The notes under the pieces were generated by a model. The model was given only the letters and a program-made list of their open reading frames with translations. It was not told the DNA's origin and ran no database searches. This document shows, piece after piece, positions 26,582-38,900 of a DNA stretch of 64,000 nt (position 1 is its first letter; each line of letters begins with the position of its first letter). The DNA is from Mytilus edulis (lineage: Eukaryota): assembly GCF_963676685.1 (NCBI RefSeq), contig NC_092346.1, positions 45,136,001 through 45,200,000 on the forward strand. Reading direction: 5' to 3'. Both the position numbers and the translations under genes were made by a program.

Positions 26582-27355
26582 TAATTTATTGTCTGAAGTT
26601 ACATCCTTGGCCTAATTTTCAGGATTCAATTAAACTAGAGTTACTTGAGGTTCATTTTTTGCAAGAAATAGGTCAGCTTTATTTGAAGAAGAGAACATTG
26701 CATCTGATAGCAATCATATGGATGCCTTCAACTTTTATCATGTCAGCTTATAAATACATGCATATGTAATTAACCTGTACCAACAAACTGAAAGACAAGC
26801 AATCCAGAAGACATGAAATATGGCCAAACCACACACATCTATTCACATGTAAAAAAAGAATCCAACTTGAATAAGAGAAATTCCAGTGCACAAACATTTG
26901 TAAACAATGGAATGAGGATGTCAATAACAATGTTTCTTGTCCTTTTTTGTGAAGTGGGAGAGGACACAGTCAGTTTAAAATTATTTGATTTTTTTTTCGG
27001 TTTTTATTAACTTCATCCTTTTTGATGAAACGCTGGAGTTTGGTTTTTTTGTTACAATTTTTTTTCTGATTACTTTCACTTAGTAATGATGCATATAAAA
27101 CAAACTAAGTCATAAAAATATATATTTTTATCAAAACATTAATAAATTTCAGCCATATTTTTCAAATACCTGTTTACATTCTTTTATAAAAACATAAATA
27201 AATTTTAACCATTAAAATTACCAAGTATACAATCTTTCATAAAGCTAAGGTAAAGTTAAGCAAATAAATATTCAATTAAACAATATGCTGCCTACTCTGT
27301 AAAAACCATACATAACAGGCATACTAAAAGCATTTAAAACTGATGAGTCTTCGCA

Positions 27356-30213
27356 CTAATGAGTAATTTTAAATGACCTATATTCAAACGATTGTATATT
27401 TCTTTCATTTTTAAAGTCACAATTATCAATTCTTGATTTTTTGCTTCCTACTTTTGAGAGCCATTCCTTCCTGTAAATAGAAAGAAAAAAAGATCTTGGT
27501 CACATGAAATTACGTAAAAAAAACCCAAATAAGTTGTCATCACTAACCATTTTGTGAAAAGCTTATTTAACAAAAACATAATACTCTAAACAAAATCAAT
27601 TGCTAGCAATAAGATTGTGTAAACATGAATGATTTATTTTGTAATATTTGATAAAAAAAATATGTCCTCCAATGTCCTCCATTTAAAAAAAAATATGATC
27701 CCCTGCACCAGATTACAATGTATGTTCTGCAAATTGAAATTAAAATCTATTTACAAATAGTCAATTACATACATGTACTTGTTTCTCTACTTCAACAATT
27801 AAAATGATTTTGTATTTATTATGAGCTTATGAAATGAAAATTTACTCCTGGAAAATACTTAATATTTCTGTAAATTTATGAATTATCTCCCTCGTTGAGA
27901 ATGTGAAATCACTTTATTTTTTTTAATTACTTGTTTCTGACTGTTTAGCTTCATGTATGTATGTACGTGGTTGTCTTGTCTTGAACTTCGACTATTATAA
28001 AAGTGACAGAATTTCAATTTTTCTATATATGACCAATATTATTAATTCACAGTATGTGTAAAGGTCTTGTAAAGGTGGTACATAACACTACAGGGAGATA
28101 ACTCTGTAAAAATCAGCGAACTTTTTTACCATGTTCTATTGTTAAGGAAATATTAAGCTTCTCAAAGATCAAAATTAGTGTTTGTCAAACTGCTATATAT
28201 ATCCAATGAAATTTTTCCAATAACATGTGTGGTTCAAGGTTTTTGAAATTTTCATATCTTTTTCAAAGGGTCAATATAAATATTTTATCAAAATTTAATA
28301 AAAATTAAACAAGCCAAATCATTTTAGTCAAGGTGTTTGGTACCACCTTAAATGTATACTTCTGAAAATAAAGACCTAAAAAATTCTGAAGCCCTATCTG
28401 AAGACAAAAAAGGAAGGAAAAATACCAGATCAATTCCATCTAAATCTTTTGTATAATTACTTTCATATAAGTATTAGTTTACTGTGTTAAGTATGTGTAT
28501 TTTCCAAAACCTGAAGCAATAAATTGTCATAAGACAATTGAAAAACTTACATAATTTTCATTTTACTTTCAGTCCCCTGGCATTGACCCTGCACAGTTCC
28601 TTGTGATGTGTTTTTTACCCATCCAACTATCCCATGTGACAGTGCTGTCTTCTGAGTATTCTGTTAAAAATTTGTACATGTGTATAATTGATTAAGCTTT
28701 ATACATATTGTATTAAATATAATACAAACTTTTTATCAAACAAGACTTACATTAATCATAAAGGACAGTAGAAATTTATAAACAGAACCCTGCATAAAAC
28801 AGAAACGTGTTTATTAGGTAAACTAAATCCTAACAACATGACAACATTTGAATATTCTTTGGTAGTTCAACCTCCGTAAAATGAACACAGGTTGTTTTTT
28901 TAACCCATAAAAAAATATTTTACCTATTGGATTGTGTTTATTTGCTGAAATTTCAGTTTTTAAACTGTAAAGCTGACAGAGAAAAGTAGAAATTTAATCT
29001 AAATCAGTGATATATAAAATATATATTTAAGCTTGAATCAAATATTTTATGTGACCTTTATTTTTTGGCTAAGCATTGCACTTACCTTTCTGAAAAAAAC
29101 ACCTGGAAAATTGAAAGATATATATAGTTTATACAAAAATTTGGCTAATTAAGTCATAGGTTGTATTAAATGATATGCAGAGTCAACCACCTTATATCTA
29201 AAGTGGCATGAATGTTAGTTAATCTGCATTTCATGTTTGCTTTATATGCTTTAATTGTGCTTATTAATTGCTGTGCTTGATAACATTAGTTATTTTGCAT
29301 GATGTGCTTTATGTTTTATGTGTTTTATGTATTGTGCTTGTCAATGCTTGTCATGTATGTATGTCGGATAAAAGCTCTACAGAGCTTATGTTGTATTGTT
29401 ATATGTATAACCGACTTTAAATAAATCTTTTATGCTTTTTTATGCTTTACGCTATTGTCATTTTTGGCAATATTGAAGCCACACAATATGCAATACACAG
29501 TATTAAATAAAGCAATAATTTGTTGGAAACACCAGTAATAGAACGTTAAACAGATTATCAGGTTTTCTTCATAAAGATATTGTAAAATCAGCCACTCGAC
29601 ACAATAAAAATTATATGTAGCATTTTAGCTAGTTTTATTTGCTCACACACCAAAAAAGGTTCACATTGTGGTTCACGGCTGATATTTTCTTACGATATCA
29701 ATGTGTAGAAAACCTGACAATCGTAACATATTAATGGCTAATGCATTCCTTGTAAATGTATGTAGCCTGTAGGAATAGTATTTCCAGCAACACTTTACTT
29801 AGTTAAATAATAAATTATATACGGCGAACAGACTCTATGGGCGAACAAACTCAGGGCGAACATGTTATTAGGGCGAACGTTCCCGATACCGCCAATATAT
29901 GAGGTTGTTTCAAACACAAGCCGTTACAAGGGGACTGTCCATTGCCAATATATGAGGTTGATTCAAACACGACAAGCCGTTACACGGGGCCTGTCCATTG
30001 CCAATATATGAGGTTGTTTCAGACACGACAAGCTGTTACAAGGGACAAGGGGCACATGTCCATTGCCACTTGTATATTTATTGAGCTTAAGCTGTTTCCT
30101 CTTAAATTGAATATTTTAATTCATTTCGCTAAATTGATAAAAATACCTTGAACTTTTCCAAAAACCTCAAAGTCAACAGAAGTTTTACTTTCTGCTTTTC
30201 CACCGGTGGCCAT
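27356..30213 (-). CDS. ACYP: Acylphosphatase, complete, 4 exons, 102 aa
   Basis: Minus-strand exons 30213-30147, 29102-29086, 28660-28551, 27470-27356; GT-AG boundaries; 309 nt. Protein: [102 protein letters not shown]. Family signatures VFGKVQGVFFR and GWVKNT..GTVQG carry the catalytic Arg and Asn. Confidence 0.95.
28074..28347. mobile_element. Kolobok-like MITE (inverted copy of 56368-56638) in ACYP intron 3
   Basis: TIR GGTGGTAC..AACAC; flanks TAAA / TTAA. Confidence 0.75.
29250..29448 (+). mobile_element. Probable 3' end of a non-LTR retrotransposon
   Basis: TG-rich tract; stem-loop AAGCTC-TACA-GAGCTT within GTCGG...CCGAC; then AATAAA and a (TTTTTATGC)n tail. Confidence 0.4.
29822..29890. 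mobile_element. Solo MULE-like TIR end with GGCGAAC repeats
   Basis: Four GGCGAAC units ending CCCGATACC; same architecture as the right end of 32396-33128. Confidence 0.5.
29891..30068. repeat. Three tandem copies of an about 55-bp unit in ACYP intron 1
   Basis: GCCAATATATGAGGTTG...ACAAGCCGTTACA.GGG..CTGTCCATT repeated three times. Confidence 0.85.
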
Positions 30214-30368
30214 TTGTTTACATCGATACGAGTTACGTTGTAAGAACTTTTTTGATTGGACAAATTTGTTTTAGACTGGTTAAACTAAAGTTAAAATCCT
30301 ACACCAGCTTCAAACTTTTTCTTAGTATCAGTAGAATTGAATCTGTGAAGTGTAGATTTCTTAGAATC

Positions 30369-33300
30369 ATGAGCAACAAGCAGCATGTTGGAGACCTACC
30401 ATTTATTGTAATAAGTATACTTATGATAATATTTATAATATTTATATTGCTGAGAGGGTAACACACAGCACACTACCTTTTTTCATTAGATAAAAAAAAT
30501 AAAATTAAACAAACAAAAGAAGGGAGTGGGGCACAGGCACTTCTAGGCTGAATTTATATAAAAGCACAGTCGCTTGAATTTTAGTAATATATGTATGAAA
30601 AAAAAATTAAAAAAAATATCACTAAAATTCAAGCGACTGTGATAAAAGTAACATAATAAATCAGAGATTTAGACTCATGTCTGTGATGTTTTTATAGATA
30701 TTTATAATTACACCTGTCCAAAAATGTACTACTAGAAGGAGATATTCCTGTAGTTGGTGATCGCAATACTGGTATACCAGTATTGTGCACAATACTGGTA
30801 TAAAAATTTTGTACCAGTATTGTGATTTTTTTAAAAAAAAACAACAATACTGGTACATTATTGATATACCAGTATTGTAGTTGTATTGTAGACTATATTT
30901 TAAGGTGTATGATGTACCAAGATAATTTTAAGTGTATTTTTCATTTAGAAATATTTCCTTTTTGAGTTATATATATTACATGTATTATGTAAAGAAATTA
31001 GATAAAATCAGGATGAATTATATTTTATTCATATTAATCTTATAGCAATGATTGACATATAAATAATAAATGACATAAACGACATTGAATACATATGATA
31101 AAGTTAGAGCACTATCATGACTATAACAGTTGTTCATTATAAAAGCACTAAATACTGATAATGTATTGTCTATCTCACTCAATAATTACACTGGATACTG
31201 TTCAGAAATATGGGCTAATATGTTGGTGAATATGTTATCTTTACTTGAGCCCCAACGATCTCTCCACATTCTTTCATCAAGATAGTTTGGAAGAAGGTCT
31301 AATGATACACCTTTCATTACTTTGAACTTATATTTGGCCTTAGCCCAGTACGATTCAATGGCTTGTGTGTGCACCCCTGTTTCAGGGTCAACAAAATTCA
31401 CTGAATGGTTGACTGTTGCATGTTGTAGTTTCAGATCTCTTTGTATATTGCAGTAAGCCTTCCACTGGTCTGAGTATATAATGGTACCAGGTTTCACTGC
31501 CTTTTCAATAATGGGTAATAACGTAGCTGCGTCTCTCTTCTCTACTAATTCCATGTAAGTAATGGCAGGTTTGAATGATGTGTCAGCCAGGCCAAATACC
31601 CATAATTCTTTCTTAGGTCGTCTACCTCTGTTGTATTTGGACTTGTGGTTGAATAGGCTCTCATCAATTTGGACCACCACTCCAGGTCCACCAAGTTCAA
31701 TAGGTGTGTTGAGAAGCTTTGTGGAGCAGACATCACGTAGGTACTGATACATTTGTATCACAGTTTTTTCACCTATATCAACTTGCTTTACTACTGTATT
31801 TACTTTGCTTTCTTGACTCCATAAGTATATAGCATACAACCATTTATTAAGAGTGACCTTGGATTTCTCAAAGAAGGACCCTGTACGGATGGTGCGGTAT
31901 GTGTGGCGTTTTTGACATCTTTGGTTGGTGCATCTCCATCCAAAACCATCTGATGTTGTTGGTCTAGCAACTAGCTCCATTGGTTTGGTACAGCATGTAC
32001 AATTACATGAGTCTGCTAATAGTTTGTGGCTTTTCAAAAAAACACAATACTGGTACAATACTGGAATACAATACTGGTACACAATTTTTATACCAGTATT
32101 GTGCACAATACTGGTATACCAGTATTGCGATCACCAACTACAGGAGATCCGATATTTCATATTTATTATAAACAAAGTCAGATATACTGGTAGTTCATTT
32201 AATAGTAATGGCTGATTTGATGCAACCACTTGATTAATCAATGACCTAGCTGGTCTCACTAATTTGCAACAAGAAGAAATTTAAAGAAAAGAAGTGACAA
32301 GAAGGTTCAAAATGTTATTTGAAGAAAAAAATTAGCAACAAGAAAGTTTCAAAACCAGGTTTAATCCACCATCTACATAAGTACCAAGTCAGGAAGGTAT
32401 CATACAGGTTCGTTCGTGCCCAATAAACTTTCGCACCCTACACATTCGCACCTCGCACATTTGCACCCAAGGTCCGTTCGCACTCTACACGTTCGCGCCC
32501 AATTATAATTCAAATTCCAGTTGAATAATTGGAAAATCATGATTGTTGTTATTAATTGCTTTGGTGTAAGTAAAACATTCAAGATTTTAAATGAAAAACA
32601 CAAAAGATTATTGTATTTAACAGCTTGGTCCCTTTATCTGAAAAATAAAATATTGCAATACACTATTATAACGAAAACATGATAAAATTTATTCAACACA
32701 CAAAAAAAAAACGCAGTCAGAATCTCACTTTATTTTGAAACAAGTCAATGAAACAAAGTTATAGCAATACACTAACCAAACATGATTAAGAGTTATTCAA
32801 CACAAAATAAAACGTTGACAGAATCCCACTTTATTTAGAAAGGATTATTTTTTTTTTAACAATACACTATCCAAAACATGATTAAGATTTATTCAACACA
32901 AAAAAAAATGCTGTCTCACTTTATTTTGAGACAATGATAACAAATAAAAGAATACACTTGCCAAAACTTGATTACAAATCTGTAGTTATTAAACACAAAA
33001 TCAATTAAAATTGGGCACGAACATGTAGGGTGCGAATGGACTTTGGGTGCGAACATGTAGGGTGTGAAAGTGAAAGGGGCGAACATGAGTGGGTGCAAAC
33101 GTGATTGGGCACGAACGGACCCGGATTCAGTCAGGAATATGACACTTGCTGTCCACAACAGGGAGTTTAAAATTGGTAATTGAATTATGCAAATAAAAGC
33201 ACATGGCAATTACTCTTAGTTTAAGACCATGTGTGAGGAGCTATTCAATTGACTAATTATTTCACTAAATGACCATAAAGAATTGAGAAAAATGTCTTAA

Positions 33301-34430
33301 CAAAAAGAATAAAAGAATGACATCAATGTTCCATTTTTAGCAACATAAACAATATTTTGTGTTATTACAAAGTCTTCATGAAAAGCTTCTAAACATGCTA
33401 AATAAAGGCAGATACAACCTGATGTTGATATTTTTTTTGGGAAACTACTTGCTTTGCTTGGGCATTGCATTGGAAAGGTAACATTGCAAATAAAAACAAA
33501 TGTGTGTGGCTTCATATCAATAAGGTACAAACATTCATTTTCTTTTGTACATAAGTGAGATACAAAAAAACCCCTAATAATCAAAGTAGTATTTCTTAAC
33601 ATTTAAAGCAATGTTGGTTACTTTCCTTTTCAGTGTCATTGAGATCATATATTTGGCAACTGGTAAATGCCAAATTTATTATCTTGACACATCCTGAACT
33701 ATTTTACTCGATATCTTTCAAGGTATCCTCATAACACATTATAACATATAATTCAGCTAAAAAACCATGGGAACAAGTAATAGATTATCTTGGATTAGGA
33801 CAATTAAAGTGAGAGCAAGTAGAACATGGAAAAGACCTTGTACCTAATTAAGAGACAAAAAAAATATGTGTTATTCAGCACAAGAAGGAAGATGATAGGT
33901 AGGTAAGCAGATACAAAAGGAAAATATGCATGTCACATTTTTTATTCAATACTAAAGTGTAGACAGTTTAGAACCTCTATTTGGAAACAATTATTATCCT
34001 GACATATGACAATGTTTTTTCTCCTGAAAGATCAAATGTTTTTTTGTAATATAGATCTTGTTCTACTATTAAAAGGTTGCATGCTTATGGCAAGTAAAAA
34101 TTGAATAATGTCACTAACACAGAAAACTGGAACAATATTGATGACAAACAGAACATATATCTTGTTATATCTTTTACAGATATTCCTATGGGTAAAACAA
34201 ATAAATTGTGATGATGTCCACAAAACTTCTTATTGAAATTGAAATCTATGGAATGAAACATCATATTTAGCAGTCAACGTTTCACTTTACTTTAAAAGTA
34301 GCAATAGTGGGTGAATATATATATTTATCTGATGTATCATTCATTTATTTTCAGGCTTTTAAGTACAAAAGATGGAGGTCAGATGACAAAAGCCGAAAGC
34401 CGAAAGGATTTTGTCCTGAAAGATTTCTGA
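30369..34430 (+). CDS. Candidate 54-aa single-pass membrane microprotein (2 exons)
   Basis: 30369-30457 (ends GG|GTAACA) joined to 34355-34430 (TTTATTTTCAG|G) gives MSNKQHVGDLPFIVISILMIIFIIFILLRGLLSTKDGGQMTKAESRKDFVLKDF*. Head-to-head with ACYP. The splice join is inferred. Confidence 0.4.
30746..32150 (-). mobile_element. Merlin (IS1595/ISXO2-like) DNA transposon
   Basis: About 80-bp TIRs (GGATC)TCCTGTAGTTGGTGATCGCAATACTGGTATACCAGTATTG with CAATACTGGTA subrepeats; right flank GATATTTC, left flank remnant GATATT. Confidence 0.9.
31186..32106 (-). CDS. ISXO2-like/Merlin DDE transposase (open frame, probably 5'-truncated; first ATG at 31980)
   Basis: Zn-finger-like CNCTCC...WRC..C, VQIDESLF, IYSDQWKAY, HATVNHSVNFVDPETGVHTQAIESYW, YLDERMWR. 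Confidence 0.88.
   Translation of the reverse strand: MHNTGIKIVYQYCIPVLYQYCVFLKSHKLLADSCNCTCCTKPMELVARPTTSDGFGWRCTNQRCQKRHTYRTIRTGSFFEKSKVTLNKWLYAIYLWSQESKVNTVVKQVDIGEKTVIQMYQYLRDVCSTKLLNTPIELGGPGVVVQIDESLFNHKSKYNRGRRPKKELWVFGLADTSFKPAITYMELVEKRDAATLLPIIEKAVKPGTIIYSDQWKAYCNIQRDLKLQHATVNHSVNFVDPETGVHTQAIESYWAKAKYKFKVMKGVSLDLLPNYLDERMWRDRWGSSKDNIFTNILAHISEQYPV
32396..33128. mobile_element. Non-autonomous Mutator-like element
   Basis: Perfect 9-bp TSD AGTCAGGAA (32387-32395 and 33129-33137); G-initial TIRs built of TTCGCACC/GGTGCGAA units; internal A-rich tandem repeats of about 90-100 bp. Confidence 0.82.
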
Positions 34431-35287
34431 ATCCACTGAGCCATGGACTGACCAGTTGTTACACATGTGTCAGTATGCATTTGAAATATGATAAAGATAT
34501 TAGTGTCATCATTTGTAGCCACAGCAACTACATATTTGAATAAGTAATGGTAATTATGGCATGAATTTATTCTTTGAAATTTTTTTCACATTATTAATTT
34601 TGAGTTATCTCCCTTTTGTTATTGAGTCAAAAGCGTTGAATTTAAGCATTTGCATAAAAAAGAGGCAGCAATCCTAATGAAATTTTAAAGTCATCTTCAT
34701 GTCATTGTATGTTTTTGAATGATAGACAAGTATCTGTACAATGTATAGGTCAAGCAATAAATTGTCTACACCATAGTATCAGTGCTTATCATTTTTTCCA
34801 GCATTTTTACAGTTATTGTTTATGTGATCTAAAGTTTGGTAATATAAATTTTATAAATTGTATAATAGTTATACAGATATTTGTTGATAAACAATTATTT
34901 TTTACATACAACTGTAGTTTAATTGAGTTCAATTAGGTTTCTTTTTTTGGCTTATATATCATGATTTACAAATAAAGGTATATTAAAACTAGTAATAATG
35001 TTCTCCCCTTACTTTTTCATTGTTTACATTTGTTAATCTGTCTTTTCTTTAATTTTAACCTCAAGTTTTTAGAAAGCAATGGTGCAGGATTACAATAAAA
35101 CTTTGAATCAGAAATTTTTCATTATATATGTGACATATAGCTACTTCCTGTTTGATCATACTAAATATTTTTTGATTTGCTGATTTTTTGTCACACATTT
35201 CTCCAGTACTCCACTGCCATGAAACTTTATAACAGTCTTGCAACTTGTGAAGTCTACTTTTCTTTTCTTTTTCATGTTTTTATAATA

Positions 35288-35480
35288 CTGTAAATTCATG
35301 TTTTTATTATTGCGTAAAAATGTGACAGGGTTATCATCGCAATAATTAAAACTCGCATTTTGAAATTTTTTACATGCATCAAACAGGATTTTTCTGAATA
35401 TCGCAAAAATTAAAATTGCATTTTAGTCTAAAATGACAAAATTGCATTAATAAATGCACACAATTATTTCTGAATTACAG
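35288..35480. mobile_element. TA-flanked MITE (CTGTAAATTCAG family)
   Basis: TA|CTGTAAATTCA ... TGAATTACAG|TA; partial copy at about 54880-54990. Confidence 0.65.
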
Positions 35481-35846
35481 TACTCTGGCTATGGATATCC
35501 CTGCACTGAAGAAAGGGGTATAATTTTCTTAGAAACCACCAAAAAAGGCATTTTGAAATTTGGAAGATTCATGTGGCAATACTAGACTGTGTTATGCTTT
35601 CAACATTCAACACTCATCAACTTTCTGTTACTGTGCTTTGTCAATATAGGCTTTGGGGATATCACAATAGTAATTGCTCAAACAGTTTACCAGATTGCCA
35701 GTTGAATTCTTCTCCAAAAAAGTCTGATCAACTGGTAAATTATTTTTACAAATTGTTTCAAATTGTCTTGACAGATCCAAAAAGAACTTACAGGTTACCA
35801 CTTATGCTGACAAGTTCAAATTGTTAATTTATTTCTGGCATTGTAG

Positions 35847-35941
35847 GTTGAAATAAAGGGGGATGGGTGAACAATGCACTCATGGAGCTGCAGTGAACTG
35901 GGTCTCGCTGGGTGTAATATCTAGAAGATGCTTTATATTAG
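35847..35941 (+). other. Candidate non-coding exon
   Basis: TTGTAG| acceptor and AG|GTAAGA donor around a GC-richer 95-nt island with no through-going frame. Confidence 0.35.
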
Positions 35942-38900
35942 GTAAGAGTTGGTCACTGCTTCCATATATTTTTAAAAATAATCACTTTTCATTTGTTTTG
36001 TGGTAAATGTATCCTAATACACTATGGAATTTATCCATTTCAGGAGCACATACTGTCTGTGATTAAATGTTGAAGACATCAATATCTTAGTCAAATTTTC
36101 AGGGAATATATTTAATTGAGACAAAGGGTCTTAAAGATCAAGAAATATACATTTTTTACAATATTTTACTTATCAAAAGGCTTAGTTTTCTGTAGTCAAC
36201 TACCACTTTTATTTCACAGCAGCAAAAAGTTAGACAATGGGTTACTCTGAACCATTTTCAATTTAATGTGTGTTATTTGTCCAAACTTTAATAGAAAGAG
36301 AGAAAGTTAAAAAAAAGATAAGATCTCCAGATAGTTTGACATGGCCAAGTCTGATGAGTAATTTCCCTTCTAGATGATCTTTACTCCTTTTTTTGGGGGT
36401 GTTTTTTTGCAGAATCAAAAGAAGTTTAAGAGAAACTGTAAAAAAAATTAAAAGATATGCAATTAGGTCAACATGAGTGTAATCTTCTGTGGACTCCTTA
36501 CAGTTTTTTGTGGGAAACTATATTGGTGATCATGGTGATTGACAGAAAGTGTCAATAGCAAAAATGATCAGCAAAATAAGATTACAAATAATAAAATAAT
36601 AAAAGGATTATTTCCCCTTAAATAATAAATTTGATCAATTTTATAGTTCAAACTGATATCTTAAAAACTGTAATATGTAGAGTGAAGACTGAAACTTTGA
36701 ACAGCAATATGACCCGAAACCCAGGATGACCAATGAGTCATTATTAAAAAAATTGTCAATCAATTCCTGCAAGGAGTAATTTTACTCATATTTTAATTTT
36801 TTCTTCCATTATTTTGTTAACTATAGTTGGGACCCAAAAACTCATTCAACAAAAATTATCTGGCTAAGGAAGATTTTTAATTATTGTTTCATTCAAAACA
36901 TACATTTTTCTTTCTTCATATCAATTCTATGCAGGTGAGTAATACAGGCTAACGGGAGACTCTAATTTATTTATAATAAGCAATAAATAAAGCTACCTAT
37001 GTAATGTTGTTATGAAACCAATAAGACATATGTACTTTAACTATTGTTACACATAAGTGCAAATTAAACATTATTTTTACTCTCAGTCAATATAAGAGGG
37101 TATGGAAGGGGTCTTTCGTTTCTGTATTCTTTAATTTTTTGGTTCATTTTTTCTGATTCATTACATTTTTTGCCAAAGTTTTGCATTTTATTTTCTCTAT
37201 TCTTCATTGTTTTGTCCTTTTTTTAGGTCCAATTTTCTGGAGATTAAGCTCTTTATACTCTTTTCTATAAACCTCATTCAGACTCTCAGGTTTCCATGGT
37301 GAGTGAAAGGTAAAAAAAGTCTGTACTAAAAAAAGCACACAGTTATTAATTCAGTTTAAGTACCCAAAGTTACATACACAATTGCTCATCCTTATTATGT
37401 GCATTTTACAACAATAATTTTTTACAGACAAAATTCATCAATGAAGTAGATTTTGAAAATTGCCACTTCTAATGCAGGAAATTATCATATCTCTTGAGAT
37501 TATATAATAAGCTCTCAGTAAACATTTTCGTTTTTGATTAAAATTAGTCAATATTTGCATCTATTATTTAAAGTTTCATCAAATTCACATCAAGTCGTGA
37601 GTTTTTATACATTTACCAAAGTGTTTGGATAGAGGAAAACAAATAGAAACCTTTTATCCTCTTGTTTAGTAGTCATCTAATTCTGATCAATGGTCGTGTT
37701 AATTCTGTCATCAATATACTTGGTCATAGTATGATGGATTTTTTTGTATATCGGTCAATTAATTAAATTTAATTATTGGAGATCGATTGAAGTAGAAGTA
37801 TTTGGTTGTTTTAAAACCCCTCACTCATAAATCTTCAGTTACAGAGAGTTTATTGCATTCAGTGTATTGGTCCCATTAATTTATTTTTCTTAGAGTCCCT
37901 GACCTATGTTTGATAATCAAAAGTAAAATCATAAAGTTGTCTTCATTTAGAATTCAGTTGTCTTTTACTTATGCCATGACAGATCCAATTGTACTGTTGC
38001 TGTACAATTGTATCTAGTATACATGGTTGAAAATCATAAGTTACTATGAATTATAATCAAAATAGCTCTTTCTGGGGAACTTTATTTTAAATTTTATTTA
38101 AACTTCTTTTAGTTTTAAAATAGCTTCTAAAACTACAGTAATTTAAATACAACAGATCACATGTGAGAAAATTCTTAAATTTGCTTTTGTGCCTGTAATG
38201 GAATTATTCTGTACCCAAATTCATTACCAAATGCTGAACCAAAGAATGTTCACATCCAAGACTACTTTTTTTTTTGCTCTACAGCATATCTTTTTCATTA
38301 TTTTTTTAAGGTTTTAAAAAACTTTTTTTTAGTACAAGTTAAAATGAAATTAGAAATAATAAAATTCAGAGTTAAATAAGTAATGTATTGATTATGTACT
38401 TATGAATTCTGTTTGATGAAATATTTAAAATCATCCTGTTGACATCAATAACATAGTTAACTCTGGAAATATCAAAGTTTGTCTTTGTAAATACTTTAAT
38501 TAAAGTCTGACATTTAAATATATATAATTTCCAATTGAAAAAGGGCTTTTCTGTCCAACAGAGTTAAATTTTGAACATAGATACCTGTATTAACATATTC
38601 TATTCATTAAATCATATCAAACTTGAATCCTAACCAATTGGTGGTCGTTGAGTTTTAAATCTTTAACATTTCTAATCTTGTTACAGTAATATTGTTTCTG
38701 AAAGATATTTTTTTCCATTTTACACCCGTTGATATTTTTACAAATATTTAATTAAATCAGTCGTAAACCATTTGTAAGTCAACAAAAGCGGAATCTGTTT
38801 GTTCATAGATTTGCACTAGGCTTGGTATTCGTTGAGTATTTGATTGTTTTATCAATAATTGAAAACCAAATATGATAAAGTGGTGATATTGTATATACCA

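Noticed and set aside
27340-27365. CTGATGAGTCTTCG resembles a hammerhead ribozyme core
   Set aside because: No closing GAC-GAAA (it reads CACTAAT) and no flanking stems; it is the antisense of the ACYP stop region.
34307-34543. ORF with a CPERF...CYTC Cys pattern suggesting a TNFR-like repeat
   Set aside because: Phase is incompatible with the upstream candidate exon, there are too few cysteines and no further supporting exons.
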